Source of the DNA: an uncultured Candidatus Binatia bacterium
GTDB lineage: Bacteria > Desulfobacterota > Binatia > Bin18
Length of the DNA stretch: 64,000 bases
Direction: 5' to 3'
Assembly (NCBI GenBank): GCA_965200965.1
Contig: OZ241744.1
Coordinates: 1,824,001-1,888,000 of the forward strand
The notes beneath the pieces were generated by a model. The model saw nothing but the letters and a program-made list of their open reading frames with translations, had not been told where the DNA came from and searched no databases. Shown piece after piece: positions 51,553-60,480 of the stretch (positions are counted from its first letter, which is position 1; every line of letters begins with the position of its first letter). The position numbers were made by a program, and so were the translations under genes.

Positions 51553-51771
51553 ATGACGCCCCAGGAGGCGGTTGTCCTGGCGAGCGAACTCGGCATACAC
51601 GACATCGCGGCATCCTGCGGCCACGCCTTGGCCCTGTGCGCCTTTGTCGCCCCCACCGCCAACTCCTACCACCGCCTGGTACCCGGCTTTGAAGCCCCGG
51701 TCAAGCCAGTCTACTCGTCCCGCAACCGTTCGGCCGCGGTCCGCATGCCGATCCCACCCCACAGCACTTGA
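51553..51771 (+). pseudogene. glnA: Internally deleted glutamine synthetase remnant
   Basis: Strong RBS and 'MTPQEAV' start, fused to the GS internal motif '[31 protein letters not shown]'; only 72 aa; canonical position after glnB. Confidence 0.85.
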
Positions 51772-51841
51772 CAAAGCCGGGGAAGTCAGGCAGACAAGAG
51801 GGGGTTTTTACTCTGCCTGCGCCCCATAAGGAGAGCCTATC

Positions 51842-52771
51842 ATGTTACTAGACGGCAAGGTTGCGATTGTCACCGGTGCCGGCCGAGGCATCGGCCGCGA
51901 AGAAGCGCTGCTTATGGCCAAACACGGTGCCAAGCTGGTCGTCAACGACCTCGGCGGCCATTTTGACGGAACCGGCTCGGACATCGGTCCGGCCCAACAG
52001 GTCGTCAACGAAATCACCGCCGCGGGGGGAGAGGCGGTAGCCAACACCGAGAGCGTGACCGATTTCAAAGCCGCCAAACGGATCGTTGAACACGCCCTCG
52101 ATGCCTTCGGCCATCTGAACATTCTGGTCAATAACGCCGGTATCCTGCGCGACCGGATGATCTTCAACATGTCAGAAGAAGAGTGGGACGCGGTCATCAA
52201 TGTCCACATGAAAGGCAGCTTCAACTGCGCCCGCCACGCCTGCGAATATTGGCGCGAGCAGCACAAGGCCGACAATGTGCTGAACGGCCGCGTCATCAAC
52301 ACCTCCTCAGACGCTGGCCTGCTCGGCAGCCCCGGCCAGCCCAACTACGGCCCGGCCAAAGCCGCGGTCGCCACACTGGCGATTATCGTTGACCGCGAGA
52401 TGAAAAAATACGGCGTGACCGGCAACGCCATTGCCCCGCTGGCGCGCACCCGCCTGACGGTTGACGCCACCCCCCAGACGGCCGGCCTGATGGACGCCAA
52501 AGAGGGCGAGCACGACTACTTCAGCCCCCACCATGTCGCCCCGCTCGTCGCCTGGCTGGCAAGCGATGACGCCGCCTCGGTCCACGGCGAGGTCTTCCGC
52601 GTTGGCGGCGGCTGCGTGTGGCTGATGCAGGGTTGGCACTCGGTTGGAACAGTCAAAAAGCTCGGCGACTGGGAGCCGGCCGAGTTGGGCGACAAGCTCA
52701 AAGTCGAGCTGGCCAAGGGCGCGACGGCCAAAGAAGAACTCGGCTCGGTGTTCACATCGCTCAAATCCTGA
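51842..52771 (+). CDS. SDR-family oxidoreductase
   Basis: 'TGAGRGIG', 'NNAGILRD' and 'NYGPAK'. Confidence 0.93.
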   Translation: MLLDGKVAIVTGAGRGIGREEALLMAKHGAKLVVNDLGGHFDGTGSDIGPAQQVVNEITAAGGEAVANTESVTDFKAAKRIVEHALDAFGHLNILVNNAGILRDRMIFNMSEEEWDAVINVHMKGSFNCARHACEYWREQHKADNVLNGRVINTSSDAGLLGSPGQPNYGPAKAAVATLAIIVDREMKKYGVTGNAIAPLARTRLTVDATPQTAGLMDAKEGEHDYFSPHHVAPLVAWLASDDAASVHGEVFRVGGGCVWLMQGWHSVGTVKKLGDWEPAELGDKLKVELAKGATAKEELGSVFTSLKS

Positions 52772-52832
52772 GCTACCCATCCCGGACGGAGCGGCCGGCG
52801 GCCGCCTGTCGCTGCACGCATCCCACAGCCCA

Positions 52833-53333
52833 GTGACCTACCCACAGCCCTACCGTGTGCTGATCGTCTGTCACGCCAACACCAGCCGCAGCGTGATGGC
52901 CCACTCCCTGCTTGAAAAAATGCTCAGGGAGCGCAACGTCACCCACATCACCATTCGTTCCGGAGGCCTCGCCATCTACGCCCGGGACCGGATGTACGCC
53001 TCGCTTGACGCCCGCCTCATCCTGCGCGAACACGGGATTCACCTCCAAGCCGAAGACTTTGTTTCGACTGACCTCAAACGCCACCGGTATCTGATCGACG
53101 AGGCCAACCTGATCCTGACCATGACCCGGGAGCAGAAAGACATGCTTGGTGCCTACCCCGAGGCCGAGGGCAAACCAGCCTACACCCTCAAGGAGTTTGC
53201 CGGCGAAGCGGGCGACATTGACGACCCGGCCATGCAGGGCGAAGACGCCTTTCGGGCCCGCATGGTCGAGATCCGCCGCTGCCTCGAAAACTCCTTCCCG
53301 ACTCTGCTACGCTTGTCCCATGCACACCTTTGA
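52833..53333 (+). CDS. Low-molecular-weight protein tyrosine/arginine phosphatase family
   Basis: 'VCHANTSRS' P-loop (CX5R) and 'DIDDP'; GTG start inferred. Confidence 0.85.
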   Translation: MTYPQPYRVLIVCHANTSRSVMAHSLLEKMLRERNVTHITIRSGGLAIYARDRMYASLDARLILREHGIHLQAEDFVSTDLKRHRYLIDEANLILTMTREQKDMLGAYPEAEGKPAYTLKEFAGEAGDIDDPAMQGEDAFRARMVEIRRCLENSFPTLLRLSHAHL

Positions 53334-53736
53334 CAACCCGTCGGATAGCACCATCCGCGACATCCTGGCCACGCCCAAAAATATTGCCGTCGTCGGCTGT
53401 TCGCCCGACCCGGACCGGGATAGCCACCGGATCGCCGCCCTGCTCAAAGCCAAGGGCCACACCGTCATCCCGGTCAACCCCCGCTGCCGGGAAATATTCG
53501 GCCAGCCCTGCTATGCCAGCCTGGCCGACATTCCGCAGCCGGTGGATATGGTAGATGTATTCCGCCGCTCAGAGCATGTCGCCGGGATTGCCGACGCGGC
53601 CATTGCCAGGCGGGCGTCCATCCTGTGGCTTCAACTCGGCGTTATTGACGAAGCCGCGGCCGGCAGATCGCAGCGGGCCGGGCTGACGGTTGTCATGGAC
53701 CGCTGTCCGGCCATTGAGTATCGCCGCCTCTTCTAG
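53320..53736 (+). CDS. CoA-binding protein
   Basis: 'IAVVGCS', 'IPVNP', 'VDMVDVFRR', 'WLQLGV' and 'VMDRC'. Confidence 0.92.
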   Translation: MHTFDNPSDSTIRDILATPKNIAVVGCSPDPDRDSHRIAALLKAKGHTVIPVNPRCREIFGQPCYASLADIPQPVDMVDVFRRSEHVAGIADAAIARRASILWLQLGVIDEAAAGRSQRAGLTVVMDRCPAIEYRRLF

Positions 53737-53751
53737 CCCGCGGTCCACAGC

Positions 53752-54315
53752 ATGACTTCCCGCATCACCACCAGCCTCAAAGCCTGGCAACACCTCCGCT
53801 CCCGGACCGTCTATTCGTGTCGCATCTTCTCGCTCCGGGAAGACCACAAACGCTCGCCCCGGACCGGCCGGGGGCACGACTTCTACATCCTGGAGGCCGG
53901 TGACTGGGTGAACATCATCCCCCTCACCCCGGACGACCGGGTCGTCCTGATCCGGCAATACCGCCACGGGGTCGAGGCCATGACCCTGGAAATCCCGGGT
54001 GGCATGGTTGACGCCGAAGACCCCTCCCCGCTCCACGCCGCCCGCCGCGAGATGCAGGAAGAGACCGGCTATGACTCAGCCGACATCATCCCCCTGGGTG
54101 CCCTCCATCCCAACCCGGCCATTCAGGCCAACCACTGCCACAGCTTTCTGGCCCGCACCGCCCACAAGCGTTTTGACCCCCACTTTGACACCACCGAAGA
54201 AACCGAGGTCGTCCTCGTCCCCCTGGCCGACATCCCGGACCTCATCCGCGGCGGAGATATCACCCACGCCCTCGTCGTCGTCGCCTTCCACTGGCACCAC
54301 CTGCTCACCGAGTAG
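53752..54315 (+). CDS. Nudix hydrolase (ADP-ribose pyrophosphatase-like)
   Basis: 'RQYRHG' and 'EIPGGMVD...AARREMQEETGY'. Confidence 0.92.
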   Translation: MTSRITTSLKAWQHLRSRTVYSCRIFSLREDHKRSPRTGRGHDFYILEAGDWVNIIPLTPDDRVVLIRQYRHGVEAMTLEIPGGMVDAEDPSPLHAARREMQEETGYDSADIIPLGALHPNPAIQANHCHSFLARTAHKRFDPHFDTTEETEVVLVPLADIPDLIRGGDITHALVVVAFHWHHLLTE

Positions 54316-54656
54316 CCGAGGGATAGAATTGTTCACCCCTGGTGCATTCTGCTCTCGTTCGCCTCCAAAGCCGTTCTGTGCCAAAACTTGACGCATTCCC
54401 TCCTCATCTACAATCCTACCCGCTAACACTTTTCGGGAACCCCGACTCACGTCGGGCTACCCGCTGAATAGAACAGCCTCATAGCCCGGCGAAGGGTAGC
54501 TCCCTGCGCCTAGGTAAATAGGCGGGGACATCTCTATTTCCGAGAAGTGTTAGCAATGGCCCGGCACACCGCCGTGTCGGTCGCCATACTGTATGCGTGC
54601 AATCGTGTGATTGCCTTCTACTCAACAATGAGGCTGGGAATGGAGAGGTACGGACA

Positions 54657-55010
54657 ATGAAAGGGAGAGGCTGGCAAAAGAGGGCATTTCGGCTAAGAAT
54701 CACGATAACGACTCTAGCCGTTATCGTTCTTTCCAGTTGCGCAGTAAAAGTGAAGACGGCCCCTGTCGGTGGAAGTCGCGCGGATGGAACAATTAGGCTC
54801 GCCTATGAGTTTGGTGAGCTCGAAGTCCCGGAAGTCAACTGGGCGGAGGCCGATCAACAGGCACAGGACCGTTGCCAGCACTGGGGATATACCGGCGCGG
54901 AACGGTTCGGAGGCGGCATGCAACAATGCATTGGAAGCGGCGCTTTTGGTGGTTGTGCGCGCTATCGTGTGAGCATTGAATATCAGTGCTTGGGCGATTT
55001 AGAGAAGTAG
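54657..55010 (+). CDS. YecR-like lipoprotein
   Basis: 'LSSC' lipobox; 'GGSRADGTIRLAYE', 'RCQHWGYTGAERFGG' and 'EYQC'. Confidence 0.82.
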   Translation: MKGRGWQKRAFRLRITITTLAVIVLSSCAVKVKTAPVGGSRADGTIRLAYEFGELEVPEVNWAEADQQAQDRCQHWGYTGAERFGGGMQQCIGSGAFGGCARYRVSIEYQCLGDLEK

Positions 55011-55012
55011 CA

Positions 55013-55041
55013 TCCACTGGTAGCACCTGATGATCAAACAG
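55013..55041 (+). repeat. Degenerate copy of the Nudix gene 3' end (54287-54315)
   Basis: tccactggtagcacctgatgatcaaacag versus tccactggcaccacctgctcaccgagtag, 21/29 ungapped. Confidence 0.5.
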
Positions 55042-55056
55042 AGAAAGTGCTATGAG

Positions 55057-55767
55057 CTACAAGAGTATTGTGGTCATTGACGGAAACAGGCTTCCCTGTC
55101 GCATTCTCTTCTCAATGCCTTCTCGGTCGCCATGACAGAGATCGTACAATTCGCCAATTTGTGACACAAATTGGTGCTCCCCTCCATAACTTGGATGGCG
55201 CACCGGAAGAACGCGCAGTGTCCCTGCCAAGCGGTGCACTGTCTGCGCAGCCTCGTTCCCAATTCCAATCAGCCGACGGGGGCTGAGCATGTGGATGAGA
55301 TCAGAAAGCAGGGCTTCTCCCGCTTGGCGTTCCTGAGCAGTATGATGCCGGTTACTGAATGGCACACCGCAGTGATGCGGATGCAACGGGAAGATGTTCC
55401 AGAGAAAAATAGGCTCTTGAATCTCCGACAAAACCTTCCAGATGACCGCCGCCGTTCGTTCTTTGACGAAGGGGCCTTTTGTTGGCCGAGTAATCGTGAC
55501 GCCCCACCGGTCAGCGTGTTCATCCAGGTGTATGTCGTCTGTTAAAGCAAGTCCTGTCCGTCTTCCACCACGATAGCCAAGATCGCGGCCAATCCACAGG
55601 GAATCAATGTCTACCTGTGTTGCGGCCTCAAGTATGGAGAGTAATGCGTGAGAACGTCTGCGTGAAGCGTCGGCAAGGTCGTGAACAGGACAGCAGTCTG
55701 AATAGGGGTTGAAGGTATTCTCAAAAGCCAACAGACCGAGAGCTTTGACAAAAGAGGCTGGCGTCAT
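55057..55767 (-). CDS. Uracil-DNA glycosylase-superfamily protein
   Basis: 'FNPY', 'IGRDLGYRGGRRTGLALTD', 'WNIFPLHPH', 'SNR' and 'VRHPSYGG'. Confidence 0.82.
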   Translation of the reverse strand: MTPASFVKALGLLAFENTFNPYSDCCPVHDLADASRRRSHALLSILEAATQVDIDSLWIGRDLGYRGGRRTGLALTDDIHLDEHADRWGVTITRPTKGPFVKERTAAVIWKVLSEIQEPIFLWNIFPLHPHHCGVPFSNRHHTAQERQAGEALLSDLIHMLSPRRLIGIGNEAAQTVHRLAGTLRVLPVRHPSYGGEHQFVSQIGELYDLCHGDREGIEKRMRQGSLFPSMTTILL

Positions 55768-56948
55768 TTTTGTTCAGGCCTAGTCGCTTTGTATTTGATG
55801 GTACGATCCTTACGATTTCCCACGACAATTCCTCCCTCATTCTTCCGTACCTCCCTAAAAACGCGATATCCTTCCAGGATAGCCGTTTCCCATAGCCCCA
55901 GCGGACATGCTTCTACTTCGTATCCCCGAACGAACTGTTGCACGGTTTTGAGTAGATCGAAAGAGACGCTGTTATGTCCGTCAAAAAAACGGAGTTGCTT
56001 AGCACGCGAAAATAGCCACGCGGTAAGCCCTTCCTCAACAACAATCGCCCTGCCACCATCTTGGGCCTCGTCAATCTTTGGATCACTTTTACGCTTCTGC
56101 TTTATCAGTGCCCGAAAGACAGGAGACCAGTGGAGGATAGCGGCATGAGCAAAATGGAATACATCATGGAATCGGTAGGCATCTGGGTCACGGATGTTGT
56201 CCGTAAGCGGTTCCCCGATGAATACGTTATTCCACTGCAAATAACTTTGCCCGCTTTTTCGTCGTGTTATCCTTATCTCGAAATTTTGAGGAAGGCTCTC
56301 CTCCTCTGGAAAAGCGCTGTCGAATGTTGGTAAAGTTGATTTGTTGGGGTCAAGAAACCGTCCCTTGACCTTTTTAATGTTCCCCTTAATCATTGTCGAA
56401 AAATTCACACGGGCGGCTCGAAGCGCCTGCAAATAACACTTCACGAACGCGCCTAGTAAATCAGGTGTTTGGTCGTTTGCCGTCGTGATTTTAAGCAATG
56501 CTGCGGCCTCCTCTCCCAGGCGCAGGAGCGTCTCGTCAAGCGGCGGCAGTACATTGAACGACAGGACGTTAGAAACCGGATAGTCCAGATGATCGTTTGC
56601 GGCTATGATTTCACCATATTCACTTTGCTTAATGGCTTTGGAGAAGACCCTGTCAACACCGACTCCCAAACGTCTGCACAGCGCTGTGAAATACCATAGG
56701 GCGTCGCCGAACTCCTCCTCTAAGGCTCGTTGTTGGTACTCCAAATATGCTGAATCCTCCCGATGACTCTTCTTAACGGCTGCCATAATACCGCCAATCT
56801 CACCAAACAATCCCATAAGGACTAGACGTAAATCCTCTTGAGAAAGTTTGTCAGTGGCCTCAATTTCCCGCGCATAGTCGCGCAGGAATAGGAGGCTCGT
56901 AGAAGTTCCTAGGTAGTTTTGTTCTCTGGAAGGTGGATCATTGCTCAT
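55764..56948 (-). CDS. MazG-like NTP pyrophosphohydrolase with MazG C-terminal domain
   Basis: 'GLFGEIG...EEEFGDALWY'; C-terminal 'LTDN...YRFHDVFHFAHAAILHWSPVFR...DGGRAIVVEEG'; ATGA overlaps at both ends. Confidence 0.82.
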   Translation of the reverse strand: MSNDPPSREQNYLGTSTSLLFLRDYAREIEATDKLSQEDLRLVLMGLFGEIGGIMAAVKKSHREDSAYLEYQQRALEEEFGDALWYFTALCRRLGVGVDRVFSKAIKQSEYGEIIAANDHLDYPVSNVLSFNVLPPLDETLLRLGEEAAALLKITTANDQTPDLLGAFVKCYLQALRAARVNFSTMIKGNIKKVKGRFLDPNKSTLPTFDSAFPEEESLPQNFEIRITRRKSGQSYLQWNNVFIGEPLTDNIRDPDAYRFHDVFHFAHAAILHWSPVFRALIKQKRKSDPKIDEAQDGGRAIVVEEGLTAWLFSRAKQLRFFDGHNSVSFDLLKTVQQFVRGYEVEACPLGLWETAILEGYRVFREVRKNEGGIVVGNRKDRTIKYKATRPEQK

Positions 56949-57565
56949 GGGGTTCTTGTCCAGTCTAAAGGTGCTCCACAGTAGCCCTTTTCCCCGAGAG
57001 ACCTGAACCACTTGACAAAAGCCTTGACCATTTCCTCTGAGAATCGATTCTTGTGTCCGATTCCGGCGCAACAAAGGCCGAATTCGTCGAATTTTTGAGG
57101 AATTGGAGGTCCAGCACCGCCCCAATATGTATAGTCTGTACTGAGCAGCACCCTATCTGCTTTTGTATCACGCTGAATATTGTGCTGATTGGGTCTACCG
57201 CCCGGATAACTGTGATGAGAGTCGAGCTGGTGCCATTGACCTGTTTCATCCCTGAAATAGATATTGTCCCCAAAAGCCTGTTTCTTGCTGCCTCTCAGAT
57301 TGGGTTTCTTCTGCTGGAACTGTTCATTTTTCCAGTATTCGTTAAATGTTTTCGTTTCCGTTACACGCATGACATAAACGAGAACTCCTTGTTTGTTTCT
57401 GGATTTGCTTCCAGTACTGACTATCCAGTCTCCTATTCTCGCACTGTTCCGAATTTTTGGCTTACATGTAGCTAAACTACATACACCAAAAAATGGATTC
57501 GGAGCGAAGCCAAAGTCCCGGGCGACGATGTAGGAGAACAATTTTGATCTGGTGTTCTTAACCAC
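56945..57565 (-). CDS. Nmad2-like (nucleotide modification associated domain) protein
   Basis: 'LFSYIVARDFGFAPNPFFGVCSLATCKPKIR', 'GDWI', 'GDNIY' and 'SHHS'. Start uncertain (GTG overlapping the TIR stop). Confidence 0.75.
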   Translation of the reverse strand: MVKNTRSKLFSYIVARDFGFAPNPFFGVCSLATCKPKIRNSARIGDWIVSTGSKSRNKQGVLVYVMRVTETKTFNEYWKNEQFQQKKPNLRGSKKQAFGDNIYFRDETGQWHQLDSHHSYPGGRPNQHNIQRDTKADRVLLSTDYTYWGGAGPPIPQKFDEFGLCCAGIGHKNRFSEEMVKAFVKWFRSLGEKGYCGAPLDWTRTP

Positions 57566-58034
57566 AGCTATGCCGTTTGATGTTACGCAATTCCCTGTCT
57601 GTACCATCCGGATTTTGCCAGCCGTTAATTTTCCCATTTATGGCATCAACGATACGGTCACCCGTCCAGCCGACTACGGCATCGGCGTAGTCGGCTAAGG
57701 CGTCGGGGACCTTGCACCCGTTTTCTCCATGCGCCCAAACTCCCACAATTCGCTTGTCCTGTTTCTGGGCATATTCGATTTCCCAGTTGACATAATCGCT
57801 ATCCTTGGTTTCTGGAGAAATATAGACAACTAACGTACTTGATTGGCGAATGCGCGGGGCGAGGATGCGAGACTTGATATAGTCTTCTGAATACGCGTTA
57901 TTGGGGTTGTCCTTGTTGATCGAATAGTCCCGAAGCGTCATTCCATGACCTTTTAGCAAGCTCTTGAGCTTGTCCAGACCTGGATCGTCTTCATGGATGT
58001 GGCTTATGAAGATGTTTTTAGTTTTATCAGCCAT
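57558..58034 (-). CDS. TIR-domain protein (ThsB/DUF1863-like)
   Basis: 'KNIFISHIHED', 'LRDYSI', 'LVVYIS' and 'SDYVNWEIEYA' (catalytic-position Glu); GGAG RBS. Confidence 0.85.
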   Translation of the reverse strand: MADKTKNIFISHIHEDDPGLDKLKSLLKGHGMTLRDYSINKDNPNNAYSEDYIKSRILAPRIRQSSTLVVYISPETKDSDYVNWEIEYAQKQDKRIVGVWAHGENGCKVPDALADYADAVVGWTGDRIVDAINGKINGWQNPDGTDRELRNIKRHSCG

Positions 58035-58105
58035 ATCGCTACGCTCCTTTGCGTAAACGTGTTCGAGAGGCGGCCCCGGAACGGGAAGGAAATTCTTCGG
58101 GAATT

Positions 58106-58591
58106 TCACCCTTCTTCGCGTTCCTTTTCCAAGTCGGTCAAGTCTTCCACACCGGCGATCTTTGCCAGCATACGATTATAGTTGCCTAAATCTTTTTGTA
58201 AAGCCTCCAATTCTTCTCGAAACTCTTTTCGCTTGGCCGGGTCATCAAAAGCACCTCTCAAGCTTTCTCCGTGCCATTTTGCGGTGAAGGGTCGAACCAC
58301 TTGGTTCAGCACAGGTATGGCTACCTTGCTGAACTGAATAGTCTGCCGTCCCCGGTGCCGCAGAACCTCGCGAGTAGTCGGAAAAAGTGAATAAACACTA
58401 TCCAAGGCTGTCTTTTCATCTCCCACTTCGGACGGCAAGGGCTGAGTAACGATTCTGGTCAGCATCTCGACATACAACTCCCAAGCGGCGTTTTGGTCGT
58501 CGTCTTTGAAGTTAATCTCCACTTTGGCCCACCTTGGACCTAGCCGGATTTTTTCCAAGTGAAAATTCCTGAGCAACGTCCTTATGTCCAT
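58106..58591 (-). CDS. Hypothetical alpha-helical protein, first gene of the TIR/Nmad2/MazG/UDG operon
   Basis: GAGGTG RBS; 'AAWELYVEMLTRIVTQ' and 'VLNQVVRPFTAKWH'; no family I can name. Confidence 0.75.
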   Translation of the reverse strand: MDIRTLLRNFHLEKIRLGPRWAKVEINFKDDDQNAAWELYVEMLTRIVTQPLPSEVGDEKTALDSVYSLFPTTREVLRHRGRQTIQFSKVAIPVLNQVVRPFTAKWHGESLRGAFDDPAKRKEFREELEALQKDLGNYNRMLAKIAGVEDLTDLEKEREEG

Positions 58592-58694
58592 TTTTTCACC
58601 TCTCAATCCAGGTTCATTTTTGCCCTTTCCGAGGATGTTCCGTTTGATCAACCACTGCGCGGCTGGGGTGGCGGCCTTGAAGGACATCTCGGGA

Positions 58695-58760
58695 TCAGCC
58701 GAGCTTGGCGCGGACAATGCGGCCCATCTCCTTGCAGCCGACGAGGCGGCATTCGGGCTG
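58695..58760 (-). repeat. Copy of the last 66 bp of leuB
   Basis: 65/66 identical to 61200-61265; ends exactly at the stop codon. Confidence 0.96.
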
Positions 58761-58778
58761 GGCGTCCTCTGTGCCGAG

Positions 58779-59825
58779 TCAGGTCTTCAGCTTGTCAATC
58801 CAGCCCTTCTCAGCCAGGACATCAACCGCCAGCCTGATCTGACGCTGGGAAAACAGTTTCTTCTGGTCGTTCCAAGCGTAGGTGTGTTGAACGACCTCGT
58901 CAACAGTCCGGGCCTTCTCCCTGCTGACGACCCAATGCACGGTGGACAGCAGTTCCAAGCCGAACGACGACTCAAAACCTTCAACTAGATCGGCTACCCT
59001 GTTGAAACGAGCGCGCGTTTTTGGATGGCTCTCCAGAAAGGCGCTCGCGTCCTCAATTGCGCCAGGGACAAGTTCAAGCGGTTTGTCGGGGCTATCGCCA
59101 CCGTCGGCATAGCCCGAGATGAAGTGCCCTTCAACCGTGTGCAGAACGTGGCGCACATTGTCTGCATACGGGCCGTAGGGCGCTTTGTGGTATCTGAGCC
59201 GCAAGGACTCACCGGCTTCCTGCATGAAGTACAGCAGCTTGTGTACTTCCAACAGCGTAATGAACGGGTCCAGCAGTACCCGCCGATAGAGAGCCATCAG
59301 CCCGAGCAGCGCAGCCCGCCCGGGGGTCATCTTGGGAACATCGGTCGAAGGGTTGACCCGCCCGTCTGGCGGCCCGCCCCCCGGCTCAAACACGACGACC
59401 TTCAGATCGTCGAACTCCCCCAGCTTGGCCTCAATCCGCGGACGCACCGCGACCCAGTCCAGGCCGCCCAGACCGCAGCCCAGCGGCGGCAGCGCAATGG
59501 AGCCGATATGGCGCACTCTGATCTCCTCGGTCAGGGCGACAAGACCGGCTTCAATGTCCTCCATGCGGCTCTTGCCCCTCCAGTGGCGCTTGGTCGGAAA
59601 ATTGATGATATAGCGTGGGGATATCCGGCCGGTCTCAAAGACAAACAGCCGGCCCGGCTGGATCTGTCCCTGCTTGCAGGCCGCGGCGTAGGCGTCAAAG
59701 TTGTCAGGAAAGGCTTTCTTGAACTGGAGCGCGATGCCACGCCCCATGACGCCAACACAGTTGACGGTATTGACCAGGGCTTCGGCATTTTCGCCAACGA
59801 TATCACCCGTTCTGTATCCAATCAT
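58779..59825 (-). CDS. darG: Macro-domain antitoxin DarG
   Basis: 'ALVNTVNCVGVMGRGIALQFK', 'INFPTKRHWR', 'PPLGCGLGGLDW', and C-terminal 'HKLLYFMQ...YGPYA'. Confidence 0.92.
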   Translation of the reverse strand: MIGYRTGDIVGENAEALVNTVNCVGVMGRGIALQFKKAFPDNFDAYAAACKQGQIQPGRLFVFETGRISPRYIINFPTKRHWRGKSRMEDIEAGLVALTEEIRVRHIGSIALPPLGCGLGGLDWVAVRPRIEAKLGEFDDLKVVVFEPGGGPPDGRVNPSTDVPKMTPGRAALLGLMALYRRVLLDPFITLLEVHKLLYFMQEAGESLRLRYHKAPYGPYADNVRHVLHTVEGHFISGYADGGDSPDKPLELVPGAIEDASAFLESHPKTRARFNRVADLVEGFESSFGLELLSTVHWVVSREKARTVDEVVQHTYAWNDQKKLFSQRQIRLAVDVLAEKGWIDKLKT

Positions 59826-59841
59826 GGCTCCCTCCCTGCCG

Positions 59842-60478
59842 TCAATAATACCAGTCAGGCTTGCCTGTGACAGAGGGTTTATGCCTAGCCGATTGAAGCG
59901 CCTTGCCGACCTGCTGGGACAGGTGTTGCGACAATGCGCCGATGCGCGAGACCAGTTCCCACGGAAACTGATGCTCAATCAGAAACTCGGCCTGCTTGCC
60001 CTCCTTACAAAGCCGCCATTCCCGAGCGTGTACGGCGCTCCAGTCAATTTCGTTCAAGGAGTTGAGGTCGGCAATCTTCAAAGGAATAGGAGCCGGCGTT
60101 GGACGACGTGAAAGCCCAGCGCTGCCCGTTTGCGTCGGCCCAGGCAACCGTTTCATGCAAATCTGCCTCCAGGTGAACGATAGGGTCTTGCCCGTCTCGA
60201 TAGGTCAATTCCGGGTGATTCCTCTGAAAGATCACATACAGCATGATGGAGCGCGGACAGAAGTAGAACGGCACGCAGTCACCGACGCACAAGCCTTGAT
60301 GGCTGCTCAGACGATTCGTGAGCCGACATTGCTTAATCGTGGTCATGCCGATGGTGGGGCCGGGAGCTTGACGCCGAACGATCTCCGCATCGCACCACAG
60401 GCAGCCGTCAGCGATAATGGAGGGCAGCCTGTCCACATGGACGATATGATAAATTTTCGGCCTGCCAGGAACCGGCAT
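59842..60478 (-). pseudogene. darT: DNA ADP-ribosyltransferase toxin DarT (DUF4433), frameshifted near 60070
   Basis: 'KIYHIVHVDRLPSII' and 'VPFYFCPRSIMLY' in ORF 60044-60484; 'DLNSLNEIDW...KQAEFL...PDWYY' in ORF 59842-60156. Confidence 0.88.
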
Positions 60479-60480
60479 GG

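Noticed and set aside
54441-54530. Hairpin cluster as a hammerhead ribozyme or riboswitch
   Set aside because: Stems exist (cccgac/gtcggg, gctaccc/gggtagc, cgccta/taggcg), but the CUGAUGA/GAAA core and known riboswitch motifs are not matched. The first hairpin resembles a lone GTAG-type REP with no second copy seen.
57558-59825. Classical Thoeris (TIR plus Macro-domain ThsA)
   Set aside because: The macro protein is DarG-type, lacks transmembrane helices, pairs with darT, and is separated from the TIR operon by the leuB duplicate.
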